DNA of 64,000 nt, taken from Candidatus Melainabacteria bacterium 17Bon1m (lineage in GTDB: Bacteria; Cyanobacteriota; Vampirovibrionia; Obscuribacterales; Obscuribacteraceae). The position numbers and the translations under genes are program-made. The notes beneath the pieces are model-generated. The model was not told where the DNA came from and did no database searches. It worked only from the letters and a program-made list of their open reading frames with translations. The stretch covers positions 32,001 through 96,000 of the forward strand of contig JAVLKG010000011.1 in the NCBI GenBank assembly GCA_032128875.1. The letters are read 5' to 3'. Positions 50,032 through 60,682 of this stretch are shown here, in pieces (position 1 is the stretch's first letter; every line of letters begins with the position of its first letter).

Positions 50032-50183
50032 ACGTCTACTCTGGCTGGTTTTTCAACAAAAAACGGAAAAGCTGGCCTTTATTAGTCGCCCATCTTAACC
50101 CGCTGACAGTCATCAATATATGTCTGAAAACCTACTGGACGTGGAATTAATGAAACAGTTATTGGCTCAGGTTTTTACTACGA

Positions 50184-51602
50184 ATGGCATCTAGCGAGAA
50201 GCCGGATTTCATCGAAATTGCAGAGAAAGAAACGCCCGTAAAGCTAACGACGGGGGGACTTTTTGGCGACGATGCTGCATCGCAGAGCGATGATGGCACT
50301 GCGCAGCGGCAGACCAGTCAGCCGATGCACCCCAGTTCTTCCGCCACCGATCGAAGTGCCGTCGCGGGCAACCCGTCAAATAGCCCAATCTCCGGCCTCA
50401 AACCACACCAGATAGTCAATGACGATGTCGCTAACCTCCGCGGGCAGTTGCCGCCTGGCTCCTCAATGAGCCAGCTGCCTGGTGGAACCATGTTTTTCAT
50501 CGTTTTGCTTGCCGCGGTCTGCTATTTCGGCAACCAAATTGACGAGATGCGCAACAGAACTCTTACAGATTTTGCTAAAGGCATCTCCATGAATGGCAGA
50601 GGTTTTGTGCAAACCGCTGGTGATCTTGGAGACACCTTGATACGTCATCATAACCTTGACGGAGCAAAAGCTGTCTACGATAAGGCTCTATTCGACTTAT
50701 CTTCCAGCGGATTGGATTCGGGGACTAAAGGTGCCTTTGTGCGACTTAAGTTGGTTGAAATCGCTTTTGCGAATGCCAACATCGAGTCATCCAGAGGTCG
50801 TAAAGCACAGGATAGTAGGACGCGGCGAGAAGCTTTCGATAGGTCATGGAAGTACGAGGCAGAGGCGAAAAGTCTGGCGAATCAAGCTTCAGAGATGCTC
50901 AGCAAGGATCGCGTCCATGTCAACACTGAAATACAATTTTTGCTTTCCAACGCTGGAAATAATTTTGAAGACTGGTTCGACTACAAAATGGCGATCAAGT
51001 TAAACGAGCAAGCTCTCAACTATTGGCCTAAGAGTTGGCGCAATGGTCGTTCTTACGTCGATGGTAAGCTCGGCTTCGAACATCTTATGGTCGGCAATTT
51101 TTTGACCGCAGAAGAGCATTTGAAAAACTCGCTCAACTGGACGATGAAAAACGGCTCCACTAGAGATAATGCTTGGAAGTTGTCGATTCTTGGTCGCTCG
51201 CAGATCGACTTGAAAAAGTATATGGATGCAGAAGTCAATTTGAACCGTGCCATCGAAATATGGGATGACCTGAACAAAAATGAGCGAAATCTTGATGTCG
51301 ATTATGCGCGAGTCTATACCGATCAAGGTCGAGTGAAAGCAGCATTGGGAAATAGCAATGAGGCTCTCAAGCTTTTCCAGAAGGCAGAGTCGCTATTGAA
51401 AGAGCATCCGGATTACACTTTCGACAGCATGCGAAATCATTTGGCCATGGCTAATTATTATCGCGACATTGGAAACTTTGCGCAGGCTCGGGATCTGTAT
51501 TCAGACATCATCGGGCGGATAGACCAAGGTGATGAAGGACCTGACCGAAAATCTGTTATGCGGGAATGGGATCTCTTGCGCCGTTTATCTGGAGGACGTT
51601 GA
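50184..51602 (+). CDS. Membrane-anchored TPR protein
   Basis: One TM (MFFIVLLAAVCYF) followed by TPR-like helices. Confidence 0.75.
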   Translation: MASSEKPDFIEIAEKETPVKLTTGGLFGDDAASQSDDGTAQRQTSQPMHPSSSATDRSAVAGNPSNSPISGLKPHQIVNDDVANLRGQLPPGSSMSQLPGGTMFFIVLLAAVCYFGNQIDEMRNRTLTDFAKGISMNGRGFVQTAGDLGDTLIRHHNLDGAKAVYDKALFDLSSSGLDSGTKGAFVRLKLVEIAFANANIESSRGRKAQDSRTRREAFDRSWKYEAEAKSLANQASEMLSKDRVHVNTEIQFLLSNAGNNFEDWFDYKMAIKLNEQALNYWPKSWRNGRSYVDGKLGFEHLMVGNFLTAEEHLKNSLNWTMKNGSTRDNAWKLSILGRSQIDLKKYMDAEVNLNRAIEIWDDLNKNERNLDVDYARVYTDQGRVKAALGNSNEALKLFQKAESLLKEHPDYTFDSMRNHLAMANYYRDIGNFAQARDLYSDIIGRIDQGDEGPDRKSVMREWDLLRRLSGGR

Positions 51603-53047
51603 TGGCTGAGCTAAATGTTATAGTTCCATATCGCTCAATGCCGTTGAAGGTAGTGTTCTCGTCCATGTGCGCGCTGTTTCCGCTATGGGCGGTTATTGCG
51701 CCCGCTATCATGGGATTTCTGATTGGACGTGCGTTTGCCTACCCAGGTGTAATTCCTCCGCATTTGGTGGCGATTGGTTGCACCACTTTACTCATGACTA
51801 TGTTGTCCGGTTTGGCACTGTCAGCGGTATCAGAGAACAACCGAATTCATATTTCTAAGGACGGGTTATGTTTTCCTCCTTTCTTTTTACCTAGATTGAA
51901 GTTTAAGCGAAATCGCAATTGGAGCGAGCTGCAAGCCGCCAATCTAGTGAAAGATGCCGGACCCTATGGCGGAACTCTTCTTCTGTCTTTCGATAGTGGA
52001 GAGCGTCTAAATCTTCCGCTTCGAAACATCAAAGAATCAGACGTTGAACAGCTTCTTCTGGGTGTTGAACTTTGGGGTATCAACTGCAATCGGTCGCCGG
52101 AATTGATTGAATACCAGCGCACTTTGCAAAATGAGACTCGAGGTGTTGGACAGAAAAGTTACACACAGATGTGGGAAGATGAGCTTTCTCGCAGATTTGC
52201 GCCCACCACTTTCGTTCCATTAGAGCCTGGAAGAAAGCTTCAGGGCGGCCGAATTGAAGTTGTAAGGCAACTAGCATTTGGTGGACTGTCTGCGATTTAT
52301 CTTGCACACCTGAATAAGACCGACCTTGTTGTTCTGAAAGAAGCCGTCGTTCACACAAAGGCTGATCCTGAGGCAAAGAGGCAGGCGGAGCAACATTTGG
52401 ACAGAGAAGCAAAAATTCTCTCGACGCTCGTGCATCCCAACATCGCCCGTGTGCTCGACCACTTTGTTGAAGATGACAGGCATTATTTGATTTTGGAATA
52501 TATCAGTGGACAAGATCTTCGTCAGTTCGTCAAGCAAAACGATGGACAGGAAGTTGGGAATGTCCTTGATTGGGCGATTGATGCAGCGACAATCTTGGCT
52601 TTCCTGCACGGTAATGAACCTCCGATCATCCATCGTGATCTGACTCCGGATAATCTTGTAGTGCGCAATGACGGCGCACTTATTCTTATAGATTTCGGGG
52701 CTGCTAATCAGTTTGTAGGATCTGCAACAGGAACGGTTGTTGGCAAACAGGCGTACATCGCGCCTGAGCAGTTGCGTGGAAAAACCGTCACGCAGAGCGA
52801 TTTATATAGTTTGGGTGGGACTATTTACTATTTGCTCACTGGGCGTGATCCGATGCCTTTGTCGATCAGTCATCCGAAAACTCTACGCCACGATACACCC
52901 GATGCGCTTGACGAACTTGTGGCAAGATTGAGCGCCTTCGAGCCTGAAGATCGTATACAGACAGCGGCGGAGGTGGTCGAGCAATTAATGCTCATAAGGG
53001 CGAGGTTTGATTCGCGTGGCGTTGTCGCAACAGGAGATGCGCTCTAA
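51602..53047 (+). CDS. Membrane-anchored Ser/Thr kinase (C-terminal kinase domain)
   Basis: Two N-terminal TMs; VLKE, HRDLTPDN, DFG, APE; TGATG coupling to the TPR gene. Confidence 0.92.
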   Translation: MAELNVIVPYRSMPLKVVFSSMCALFPLWAVIAPAIMGFLIGRAFAYPGVIPPHLVAIGCTTLLMTMLSGLALSAVSENNRIHISKDGLCFPPFFLPRLKFKRNRNWSELQAANLVKDAGPYGGTLLLSFDSGERLNLPLRNIKESDVEQLLLGVELWGINCNRSPELIEYQRTLQNETRGVGQKSYTQMWEDELSRRFAPTTFVPLEPGRKLQGGRIEVVRQLAFGGLSAIYLAHLNKTDLVVLKEAVVHTKADPEAKRQAEQHLDREAKILSTLVHPNIARVLDHFVEDDRHYLILEYISGQDLRQFVKQNDGQEVGNVLDWAIDAATILAFLHGNEPPIIHRDLTPDNLVVRNDGALILIDFGAANQFVGSATGTVVGKQAYIAPEQLRGKTVTQSDLYSLGGTIYYLLTGRDPMPLSISHPKTLRHDTPDALDELVARLSAFEPEDRIQTAAEVVEQLMLIRARFDSRGVVATGDAL

Positions 53048-55359
53048 TGGAAGAGCGGCAAGATCAGTTGGGTGGCGGACTTGCTGGACAATTTACAGCC
53101 AGAGGTCAGGGTTTTGAGACTAAAGAGCAGTCTGCCACTCCCGAGTTGAAGATTGCACCCGATGACGTAAGCGGCGAATTACTGCCTGCTCTGGCCGAGG
53201 AATCTCACTCCACAATTGGCGATATTGCTAAAGCACTGCCTTCCAAACGCACCAATTCCAGTAAAGGAGAAGGTTTCGAGCCTCTGGCGAAACTCCCACG
53301 TATTGGATTTGGCTTGCTGTTCACTATAGCCGCCAGCTTTATTTTGTTCCAATTTTCGAAGTATGGCGCTGCTGGAATGTCAACGACTATCTGGATGTCT
53401 ATTCCGGTAGTCATTTATTTCGCGCACTGTATGTTGCGCCTGAGTGATATCACCGGCATGAAGACAGGGACACGTCCTCCTCTTTCAGCATCCACAGTTA
53501 CCTTGATTTCTCTGATCACGCTTACTTGTTTTCCTGTATTCGGCGAGTTTTATCACTTTCCGAACAGACTGCTTGACCCGTTCTTCGCCGTTTGGATGCT
53601 TGCTCAATTCATATGGCCAGTGCTTATTTCACATGCGATTGAGCGCACGGCAAAGGTCCGCACGTTGGTATTGGGTTTGGTGGCGGCAGTGCCATTTTTT
53701 GCAGTGGCTGGACTTCCTGTCCTTTTTCACGAGTGGATGTTTTTCCTCCCCGTCTGGCTGATGTCACAGTTTGTCTGCGCTGTCTATCTGAGTGAGCGCT
53801 TGCGTCAGGTTTTCATAAATGACCTGAAAGTCAACATCGCAAAAATGACGGCATCGAAAGCGCAAGTTGTCGGAGCTACCAAAGATGATATCGTCGTGCG
53901 TTACAGACCGTTCTCGGCTGTAGAGCGTTGGATAGAGCAGCGTTTTACCGGAGGGAATTTGGTAAAAGGTGCTCAGTTGGTGGCGCTTTGGATTTCAGTT
54001 CCGCTAGTAATCGTGGCACTTTTGTTGGGCTTGACTTTTCTCGACATACTCGTCGGGACAAATACGTCGAGTAATCAGCATGTCGGCAAAGCCGCAGCCC
54101 AAGCCGCGGCTAATTTAAATACTAATTTTCTTCGAACCTTTCTTATTTTGGTCGGAGGGCTAGTTGGAGTTCCAGTCTTTGTCTACTTGCGAACTCCTAC
54201 ACACTTGTTGTTCAACAGGAGCGGTTTGCGCTTCTTATGGCGTCACAGCAGCAGACGTGGTCATGATGGTAAAGAGTTGAGTTGGAAAGATTTGCAGTCA
54301 ATTGAATTGGAACGTCCTCTTGGATCCACGCAGGCGCTTGACCAGTTTCTCTGCTTTAGAGCCCATGGCGAAAGAGTCGAAAAGATGAAACTGAGCGCCT
54401 TCGATACAATCGAGGATCGCGAGAAAATCCTAGCCATGATCCGCAGTTGGGCACCGAATGTTCCGCGCCCGCCCGAGGTTGAGCAGTGTTTGGAACCACC
54501 TGCGAATCACAGCTATACAGAAATGTGGCTGCAAGCACTCGCTGCTCCGCCTAAGCGCGAACGACTAAAACCGCTGATGGATGGCGGCACTGTGCAAGCC
54601 GGTAAGTACCGGGTGATCAATCAACTTGGAGTTGGTGGACAGGGTTCTGCCTATCTGTCAAAAGACAATATCAATGATCAAATAGTGGTGCTCAAAGAGT
54701 TTATTCTGCCTGTGCATGTTGATGTAAATGTGCGCAAGAGCGCGCTTGAGAGCTTTGAAAACGAAGCGCGAATTTTAAAGCAGATGGACAGCCCAAATGT
54801 CGTAAAGTTAATCGACTTCTTTGTTGAGGATCATCGCGCCTATTTGGTTCTTGAGCACATCGATGGAATGTCGCTCAGAGAGCTGGTTGAGGAGAATGGT
54901 GCGATGAAAGAACCGCAGGTGAAAGAACTTGCGCTTCAGATGTGTTCTATCCTTTCGTACTTGCATTCTTTGTCACCGCCGGTAGTGCACCGCGATTTCA
55001 CTCCGGACAATTTGATTTTGCAACGCGACGGCACTCTGAAACTCATCGATTTCAACGTGGCGCAACAAGTCGAAGCGACGGTTACAGGTACAGTGGTCGG
55101 CAAACATGCCTATCTGCCTCCTGAGCAGTTCCGCGGCATGCCAACCAGTCAGAGCGACATCTATGCTTGCGGGGCGACCCTGCACTTTTTGCTGACAGGC
55201 GCTGACCCGGAGCCTATTTCGCAATCGCATCCTGGTAAGCAGGTTGCCGGTTTGAGCAATGGCATCGACCACATCGTCGCTCATGCCACTCAGCTGGACA
55301 TTGGGCAGAGATACGACACGATTGGCGAAATGGAAAGCGACCTCAGGGTTTTGGTGTAG
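53047..55359 (+). CDS. Multi-pass membrane Ser/Thr kinase (C-terminal kinase domain)
   Basis: About 8 hydrophobic segments; GVGGQG, VLKE, HRDFTPDN, DFN, PPE; TAATG coupling. Confidence 0.92.
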   Translation: MEERQDQLGGGLAGQFTARGQGFETKEQSATPELKIAPDDVSGELLPALAEESHSTIGDIAKALPSKRTNSSKGEGFEPLAKLPRIGFGLLFTIAASFILFQFSKYGAAGMSTTIWMSIPVVIYFAHCMLRLSDITGMKTGTRPPLSASTVTLISLITLTCFPVFGEFYHFPNRLLDPFFAVWMLAQFIWPVLISHAIERTAKVRTLVLGLVAAVPFFAVAGLPVLFHEWMFFLPVWLMSQFVCAVYLSERLRQVFINDLKVNIAKMTASKAQVVGATKDDIVVRYRPFSAVERWIEQRFTGGNLVKGAQLVALWISVPLVIVALLLGLTFLDILVGTNTSSNQHVGKAAAQAAANLNTNFLRTFLILVGGLVGVPVFVYLRTPTHLLFNRSGLRFLWRHSSRRGHDGKELSWKDLQSIELERPLGSTQALDQFLCFRAHGERVEKMKLSAFDTIEDREKILAMIRSWAPNVPRPPEVEQCLEPPANHSYTEMWLQALAAPPKRERLKPLMDGGTVQAGKYRVINQLGVGGQGSAYLSKDNINDQIVVLKEFILPVHVDVNVRKSALESFENEARILKQMDSPNVVKLIDFFVEDHRAYLVLEHIDGMSLRELVEENGAMKEPQVKELALQMCSILSYLHSLSPPVVHRDFTPDNLILQRDGTLKLIDFNVAQQVEATVTGTVVGKHAYLPPEQFRGMPTSQSDIYACGATLHFLLTGADPEPISQSHPGKQVAGLSNGIDHIVAHATQLDIGQRYDTIGEMESDLRVLV

Positions 55360-55414
55360 GGTTGACGCCGTGTGTCGCCCGCTGTTGAACACGGTGGACT
55401 CCATGCGTCGCCTC
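55356..55414. repeat. Degenerate REP-like palindromes
   Basis: GTAGGGTTGACGCCGTGTGTCGCCC and GGTGGACTCCATGCGTCGCC resemble 7885 and 17901; the kinase TAG stop lies in the GTAG. Confidence 0.5.
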
Positions 55415-55511
55415 TTTTACATGGGTGCACTTAGACTTCACGTCTTTTAGGGAATAATGGAATTATGCCGGGTGCGTACCGCGGGCATGATGCATCAGAG
55501 GACCCCAAACC

Positions 55512-56807
55512 ATGAAAAGCATGAAACGGTCGACCTTTGCAGTCTTAGTGTTGGCTCTTTCCCTGGGGGCGACCCAGGCTCGTGCCGGCGACTGCGACCA
55601 TGTCATCAATAGCAATGAGGCGCGCACCGAAAATGCCATTACGGCGTCGAAGATTCAATGGGAGACGTCGCTGGACAAGGCGAAAGCCAAGTCAGCAGCC
55701 AGTGGGAAGCCTATCCTCTGGGTCCATATGCTCGGAAACATCGACGGGTACACTTGATCCGCGGCAAATAGCTTGAGAGCCGGGTCGCTCTCGAAAGAAC
55801 CTGTATTGTCCAAACTGCGCGACCGCTTCGTCTGCGGATACCGCAATATCATGAAAGACCCGTATTCGGGCAACTCAGGCATTCACCCTGCAACCGGACC
55901 AGCCGTGACCACGACGAATGGCGCCGGACCTCGCAACCTCCAGCTTTTCATCATGGCTCAAGATGGCACTGTGGTGCACTGTATGCCGGGCTACTGGAAC
56001 CCCAATGACCTCAATGCCGAGCTGGACTTTGCCGACCGCTTGCACCGAGTCTGGATGGACCATTCGATAACCGAGCCGCAGAAGAAAGCACTGTTCGCGC
56101 AAGAACAATTGCGGCATATTCAGACTCACTCGTCGGATGTGGTCGCCCGAAGTGAGCTGCAGGGCTTCGACAAGCAATTCTGCTACAAAAACAACGTGAC
56201 GGATGCCATCGCTAACGCCAGTCTTATCCCGGCTGATTGGCACGATGTTCCGAAAGAAGCGTTCAAGACGACAGACGTTATCCTTCACGAGCGCATGGCG
56301 AAGCAGCCTTTCGTCAATTATTCGGCGTTCAACATAGCCAGTTTCGTCAATTACGGCAGCCATCACTACGATAAGCACGAGAAAGATCTCGAGCCTGAAA
56401 CCATGGCTAATATTCGCGCACACAATCTGCGCGATGTTCTACACGAGACAGGAGATCCTGTTCCCAAAGCTAAGGTCACCAACGTTGCAGCTTCAAAACC
56501 GGCGACAAGTTATCCCAACATGATCACGAAGCCGAAAGAAGTGGAGAAAACCATGGTCGACGGCTTCTGGGGCTATGCTCGCAAAGGCGACTGGGTGAAA
56601 GCCGACAGGGTGGCGAACTACATGTTGGAAAAGAGTCCAGGCAGCCCAACTGGTCACGAGATGAAAGCCGTGATCGCTTACGGCAAGGCGCGCTACGCCG
56701 AAGCCTACTTCCATTCGTACAATGCAATTCGCATGGGCTCGAAGCACCCGACTATCGTAGGCATCTATCAGAAATCACGCACGGCCGCGAGCAGCGCCGC
56801 GAAATAA
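55512..56807 (+). CDS. Candidate secreted selenoprotein, SelN/thioredoxin-like with C-terminal TPR-like region (in-frame TGA at 55755-55757)
   Basis: ORFs 55512-55757 and 55773-56807 share one frame separated only by one TGA; joined sequence GKPILWVHMLGNIDGYT-U-SAANSLRAGSL parallels the SelN redox region. Confidence 0.7.
55773..55794 (+). promoter_or_regulatory. Putative bacterial SECIS element
   Basis: TTGAGAGC-CGGGTC-GCTCTCGA: 8-bp stem (one G-U) with a G-rich loop beginning 23 nt after the UGA. Confidence 0.55.
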
Positions 56808-56810
56808 GTA

Positions 56811-56863
56811 GTAAGGGAGCCGCATGCGGCTCCCTGCCAGGGCGGCGCATGCGCCGCCCCTAC
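56811..56863. repeat. REP-like double palindrome
   Basis: GTAAGGGAGCCGCATGCGGCTCCCTG-CCA-GGGCGGCGCATGCGCCGCCCCTAC; same layout as 172-223; contains the clpB stop. Confidence 0.75.
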
Positions 56864-59574
56864 GGTGCGCTTGCGTGAGCTGCTTTCGTTTCTTCGACGT
56901 CTTCGCCTTCGCTGTCGCTGTCGCGTTCAGCATCGACTTCGGCAATCGGACTTTCGCCCTTGCGGAAGGTCAACCCGTGTCCATCTGGAGTGGATTCAAC
57001 CGTAATGGCGTCACCGTCCATGAAGTCGCCTTGCAGAATGTGCAGAGACAGTGGATTCTCGATTTCCTTTTGAATCAAACGCTTGAGCGGACGCGCACCG
57101 TACATAGGGTCGTAGCCGGTTTTGGCCAACCACTCCTCTGCGCCCTCGGTGGCGGTGAGATGCATTTTGCGGTCTGCAAGTCTGCGATTGAGATAATTCA
57201 ATTGGATGTCGACAATGCGCTTCAATTCTTCCGGCTTGAGTGCATGGAAGACCACAGTCTCGTCGATCCGGTTAAGGAATTCCGGTCTGAAGTGTTCTCT
57301 CAGCGATTCCAACACTTTCTCGCGCATCTGCGGATAGCTGTCGTCACCCGTGACGGCTGCTTTCATCTGGTAGTCGAGGATGTGTTGGCTGCCGATATTC
57401 GACGTCATAATAATGACGGTGTTTTTGAAATCGACATGCCGGCCACGCGAATCAGTCAAGTGTCCTTCATCGAGAACCTGCAGCAACACGTTGAAAACAT
57501 CAGCGTGCGCTTTTTCGATTTCATCGAACAACACGCAGGAATAGGCTCGACGGCGTACTGCTTCAGTGAGTTGTCCACCTTCGTCGTGTCCTATATATCC
57601 GGGCGGCGCGCCGATCAAACGCGCAACAGTGTGACGCTCTTGATACTCTGACATATCGATGCGCACCATTGCTTGTTCGTCATCGTAGAGAAACTCAGCG
57701 AGCGCTTTTGCGAGTTCGGTCTTACCAACACCGGTCGGTCCAAGGAAGAGGAAACTTCCGATTGGTCTGCCCGGATCTTTTAGACCCGCTCTCGCGCGTC
57801 TGACACCATTGGCGACAACTTCAATCGCTTCTTCCTGCCCGATAACGCGCTGATGAAGATGCTCTTCGAGGCGCAGCAATTTTTGTACTTCGCCTTCGAG
57901 AAGCTTCGTCACCGGTACTCCGGTCCATTTAGAAATGATCTCAGCGATATCTTCTTCGTCGACTTCTTCCTTGAGAAGTCTGCCACCTCTTTTGGTATTA
58001 AGCGGCGCCTCGGCTGATTTCAATTTTTGCTCTAATTCGCGCAGCTTGCCGTACTTGAGTTCTGCAGCCTTTTGCAAATCAGTGGCGCGTTCAGCTTGTT
58101 CGATCAAGAGTTTTGTCGCTTCGATATCGGCTTTGAGAGTTTGAATTCCGCTAATCGCTTCCTTCTCAGAGAGCCACTGAGCCTTCAGCCCATCTCCCTT
58201 TTCCTGAATGTTGGCGATTTCACGTTCTATTTTCTCGAGTCGTTCTTTCGATGCGTTGTCTTTTTCTTTCTTCAACGCCTCGCGCTCGATTTCTAATTGA
58301 ATTCTACGTCTCTCGAGCTCGTCGAGTTCGCTCGGCATGCTGTCGATTTCGATACGCATTCTTGCCGCTGCTTCGTCGACTAAGTCGATGGCTTTGTCCG
58401 GCAAAGAGCGATCGGTAATATAGCGATGCGAAAGAACGGCGGCACTGACGAGCGCGGAGTCCTTAATACGCACCCCGTGGTGCACTTCGTAACGTTCTTT
58501 GAGACCACGTAAAATCGAAATGGATTCTTCTACCGATGGTTCTTCAACCATGACGGTTTGGAATCGGCGTTCTAGCGCCGGATCTTTCTCGACGTGTTTT
58601 CTATATTCATCAACTGTGGTGGCGCCGATGCAATGCAATTCACCACGTGCCAGCGGTGGTTTCAACAAATTGCCTGCGTCCATAGAACCTTCACCGCTCG
58701 AACCCGCACCAACCACGGTGTGCAATTCGTCGATGAAGAGAATGATTTCACCTTCTGCTTCGATGACTTCCTTGAGTACGGCTTTTAGACGCTCTTCAAA
58801 TTCACCGCGATATTTGGCACCGGCAATGAGCGAGCCCATGTCCAGAGCGATGAGTTTTTTGTCTTTCAAACCTTCCGGCACGTCACCTTTGGTGATACGA
58901 ATTGCCAGTCCTTCGGCGATAGCTGTCTTACCAACACCAGGCTCTCCGACGAGCACCGGGTTGTTTTTGGTTCTTCTTGAAAGAACTTGCATGACCCGGC
59001 GAATCTCTTCGTCTCTTCCGATAACAGGGTCGAGCTTGCCTCGCGCTGCCGCTTCTGTCAGGTCTTTGCCGTATTTTGCCAACGCTTCGTAGGTGGCTTC
59101 GGGGTCCTGACTGGTGACGCGTTGCTTGCCGCGAATTTGAGTCAACACACTGAGAATGGCTTCTCGTGAAGCGCCATGATTTTTCAGAATGCTGCCTGCT
59201 TGCGATTTGATGTCATCGGCGATGGCGAGCAAAATATGCTCAACGCTAATGAATTCGTCTTTGAGTTTGTCGGCTTCACGGTTTGCCGACTCCAACAAGC
59301 GCATCAAAGCATGGGAAACATGAATCTCGTCCTTTTGGGTGGTTATGGCCGAACCCTTGGGTTGATTTTGCAAATATTTGCTGACGTCTTCAATAATTTC
59401 CTTTTGGTCAATATTGAGGCGCTCAAGGATTTTGCTCGCGACTCCTTCTTCCTGCTCCATTAAGGACAGCAGCACATGCTCAGGCGTTACCTGAGTGTGG
59501 CCAAAGCGCGCCAGTAGTGTCCTGCAATTAGTGATTGCTTCTTGCGCTTTATGCGTGAATTTTTCAAGGTTCAT
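56860..59574 (-). CDS. clpB: ATP-dependent chaperone ClpB
   Basis: Two AAA+ modules ([16 protein letters not shown]), long coiled-coil M domain, GARPLKR. Confidence 0.98.
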   Translation of the reverse strand: MNLEKFTHKAQEAITNCRTLLARFGHTQVTPEHVLLSLMEQEEGVASKILERLNIDQKEIIEDVSKYLQNQPKGSAITTQKDEIHVSHALMRLLESANREADKLKDEFISVEHILLAIADDIKSQAGSILKNHGASREAILSVLTQIRGKQRVTSQDPEATYEALAKYGKDLTEAAARGKLDPVIGRDEEIRRVMQVLSRRTKNNPVLVGEPGVGKTAIAEGLAIRITKGDVPEGLKDKKLIALDMGSLIAGAKYRGEFEERLKAVLKEVIEAEGEIILFIDELHTVVGAGSSGEGSMDAGNLLKPPLARGELHCIGATTVDEYRKHVEKDPALERRFQTVMVEEPSVEESISILRGLKERYEVHHGVRIKDSALVSAAVLSHRYITDRSLPDKAIDLVDEAAARMRIEIDSMPSELDELERRRIQLEIEREALKKEKDNASKERLEKIEREIANIQEKGDGLKAQWLSEKEAISGIQTLKADIEATKLLIEQAERATDLQKAAELKYGKLRELEQKLKSAEAPLNTKRGGRLLKEEVDEEDIAEIISKWTGVPVTKLLEGEVQKLLRLEEHLHQRVIGQEEAIEVVANGVRRARAGLKDPGRPIGSFLFLGPTGVGKTELAKALAEFLYDDEQAMVRIDMSEYQERHTVARLIGAPPGYIGHDEGGQLTEAVRRRAYSCVLFDEIEKAHADVFNVLLQVLDEGHLTDSRGRHVDFKNTVIIMTSNIGSQHILDYQMKAAVTGDDSYPQMREKVLESLREHFRPEFLNRIDETVVFHALKPEELKRIVDIQLNYLNRRLADRKMHLTATEGAEEWLAKTGYDPMYGARPLKRLIQKEIENPLSLHILQGDFMDGDAITVESTPDGHGLTFRKGESPIAEVDAERDSDSEGEDVEETKAAHASAP

Positions 59575-59896
59575 AAAAACACCCGTTGTTCAGAGTTTTC
59601 AAAAAACGCTGCGTTAGAAACCGCCTCAACGACGGTTGCCTTTGTTGGCCGCCATAATTTGATTATGGAAGCTTTACTTAAGGCACATTCATTTATCCAC
59701 AATTTATTTATAAGCCTGGATTTGCCGTACCTTGGCGGGGCTACAGACTGCGACCATTCCTTGTATTCAGATTGGCACACTTGGAAAGCTCCTCTGGATT
59801 ATTCCAAAGTGGATAAAAACCTCGTCAAATCCTGCTACAAACGGCACCTAGGGCTTAAGATATCTAGTTAACGAGTAGAGTTGCAAAGTTAATAGG

Positions 59897-60619
59897 ATGC
59901 AGGAGTTCGAGGAAGATTACTACGCGGTCCTCGGCGTTGAGGAATCCGCTTCGCAGGAGGAGATCCGCAAGGCCTATTTGGCGCTTGCTAAAAAACTCCA
60001 TCCTGATCGTTTTCCCAACGACCCTGAAAAGCGGTTGGTGGCGCAGAGCGAGTTCGCCAAAGTCTCGCGCGCGCATGACGTGGTCAGTGACGCTGAGCGG
60101 CGCGCTGAATACGATGCTGTTCGACTCCTTACACGTAAAAGACATTCTCAAAGCAACCTGAGCGCCATCAGTCCCGACATCACAGAGGACGCAGAAGGGC
60201 AGCCCGTGGATGTTCCGCTGAATTCGACCGGCAATTTCATGATTCCCGGGAACGAAACTGAAGAAGAGAACATCAATATCAAATGGGCGAATAAACATTT
60301 GAGCAGGGCGGACGACTTATTCCGCAGGCGAAATTACAAAGAAGCTGAAACCGCCCTCAAGGAAGCTATTAGATTGGTCCCCACGGACCCGCGGTATCAC
60401 AATAAGTTGGCTGAGGTCTACCTGGCTAGAGGCTGGAAAACACTTGCGATGACGGAAGTGCAGTCGGCTCTCAGAAACGATCCTAAAAACGCAGAAGCGA
60501 AGAATTTGGAAGCAAAAGTGAAAGCTCTTGCGCGCGAGAAGGCTCAAACTCAGCAAATGCAGAGACCTAAAAAGAGCTTTTTCGAGCAGCTCAAGGAAAT
60601 TCTCACTCGCAAGCTTTGA
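59897..60619 (+). CDS. J-domain co-chaperone with C-terminal TPR
   Basis: DYYAVLGV...LHPD; TPR helices; divergent from clpB. Confidence 0.92.
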   Translation: MQEFEEDYYAVLGVEESASQEEIRKAYLALAKKLHPDRFPNDPEKRLVAQSEFAKVSRAHDVVSDAERRAEYDAVRLLTRKRHSQSNLSAISPDITEDAEGQPVDVPLNSTGNFMIPGNETEEENINIKWANKHLSRADDLFRRRNYKEAETALKEAIRLVPTDPRYHNKLAEVYLARGWKTLAMTEVQSALRNDPKNAEAKNLEAKVKALAREKAQTQQMQRPKKSFFEQLKEILTRKL

Positions 60620-60682
60620 ACCTTGTTCGGAGAAATTTGTCCGATGTTGACCTTGCTCAATGCAAGCTTGCCCAAAGCAAGA

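Noticed and set aside
56824-59092. Long + strand ORFs (275 aa, 197 aa) opposite clpB, and similar shadows opposite lepA, yitJ and the epimerase
   Set aside because: Antisense shadow ORFs of highly conserved genes, with no recognisable motifs.
59575-59896. CIRCE or CtsR heat-shock operator upstream of clpB
   Set aside because: No TTAGCACTC-N9-GAGTGCTAA or clear CtsR repeat was found.
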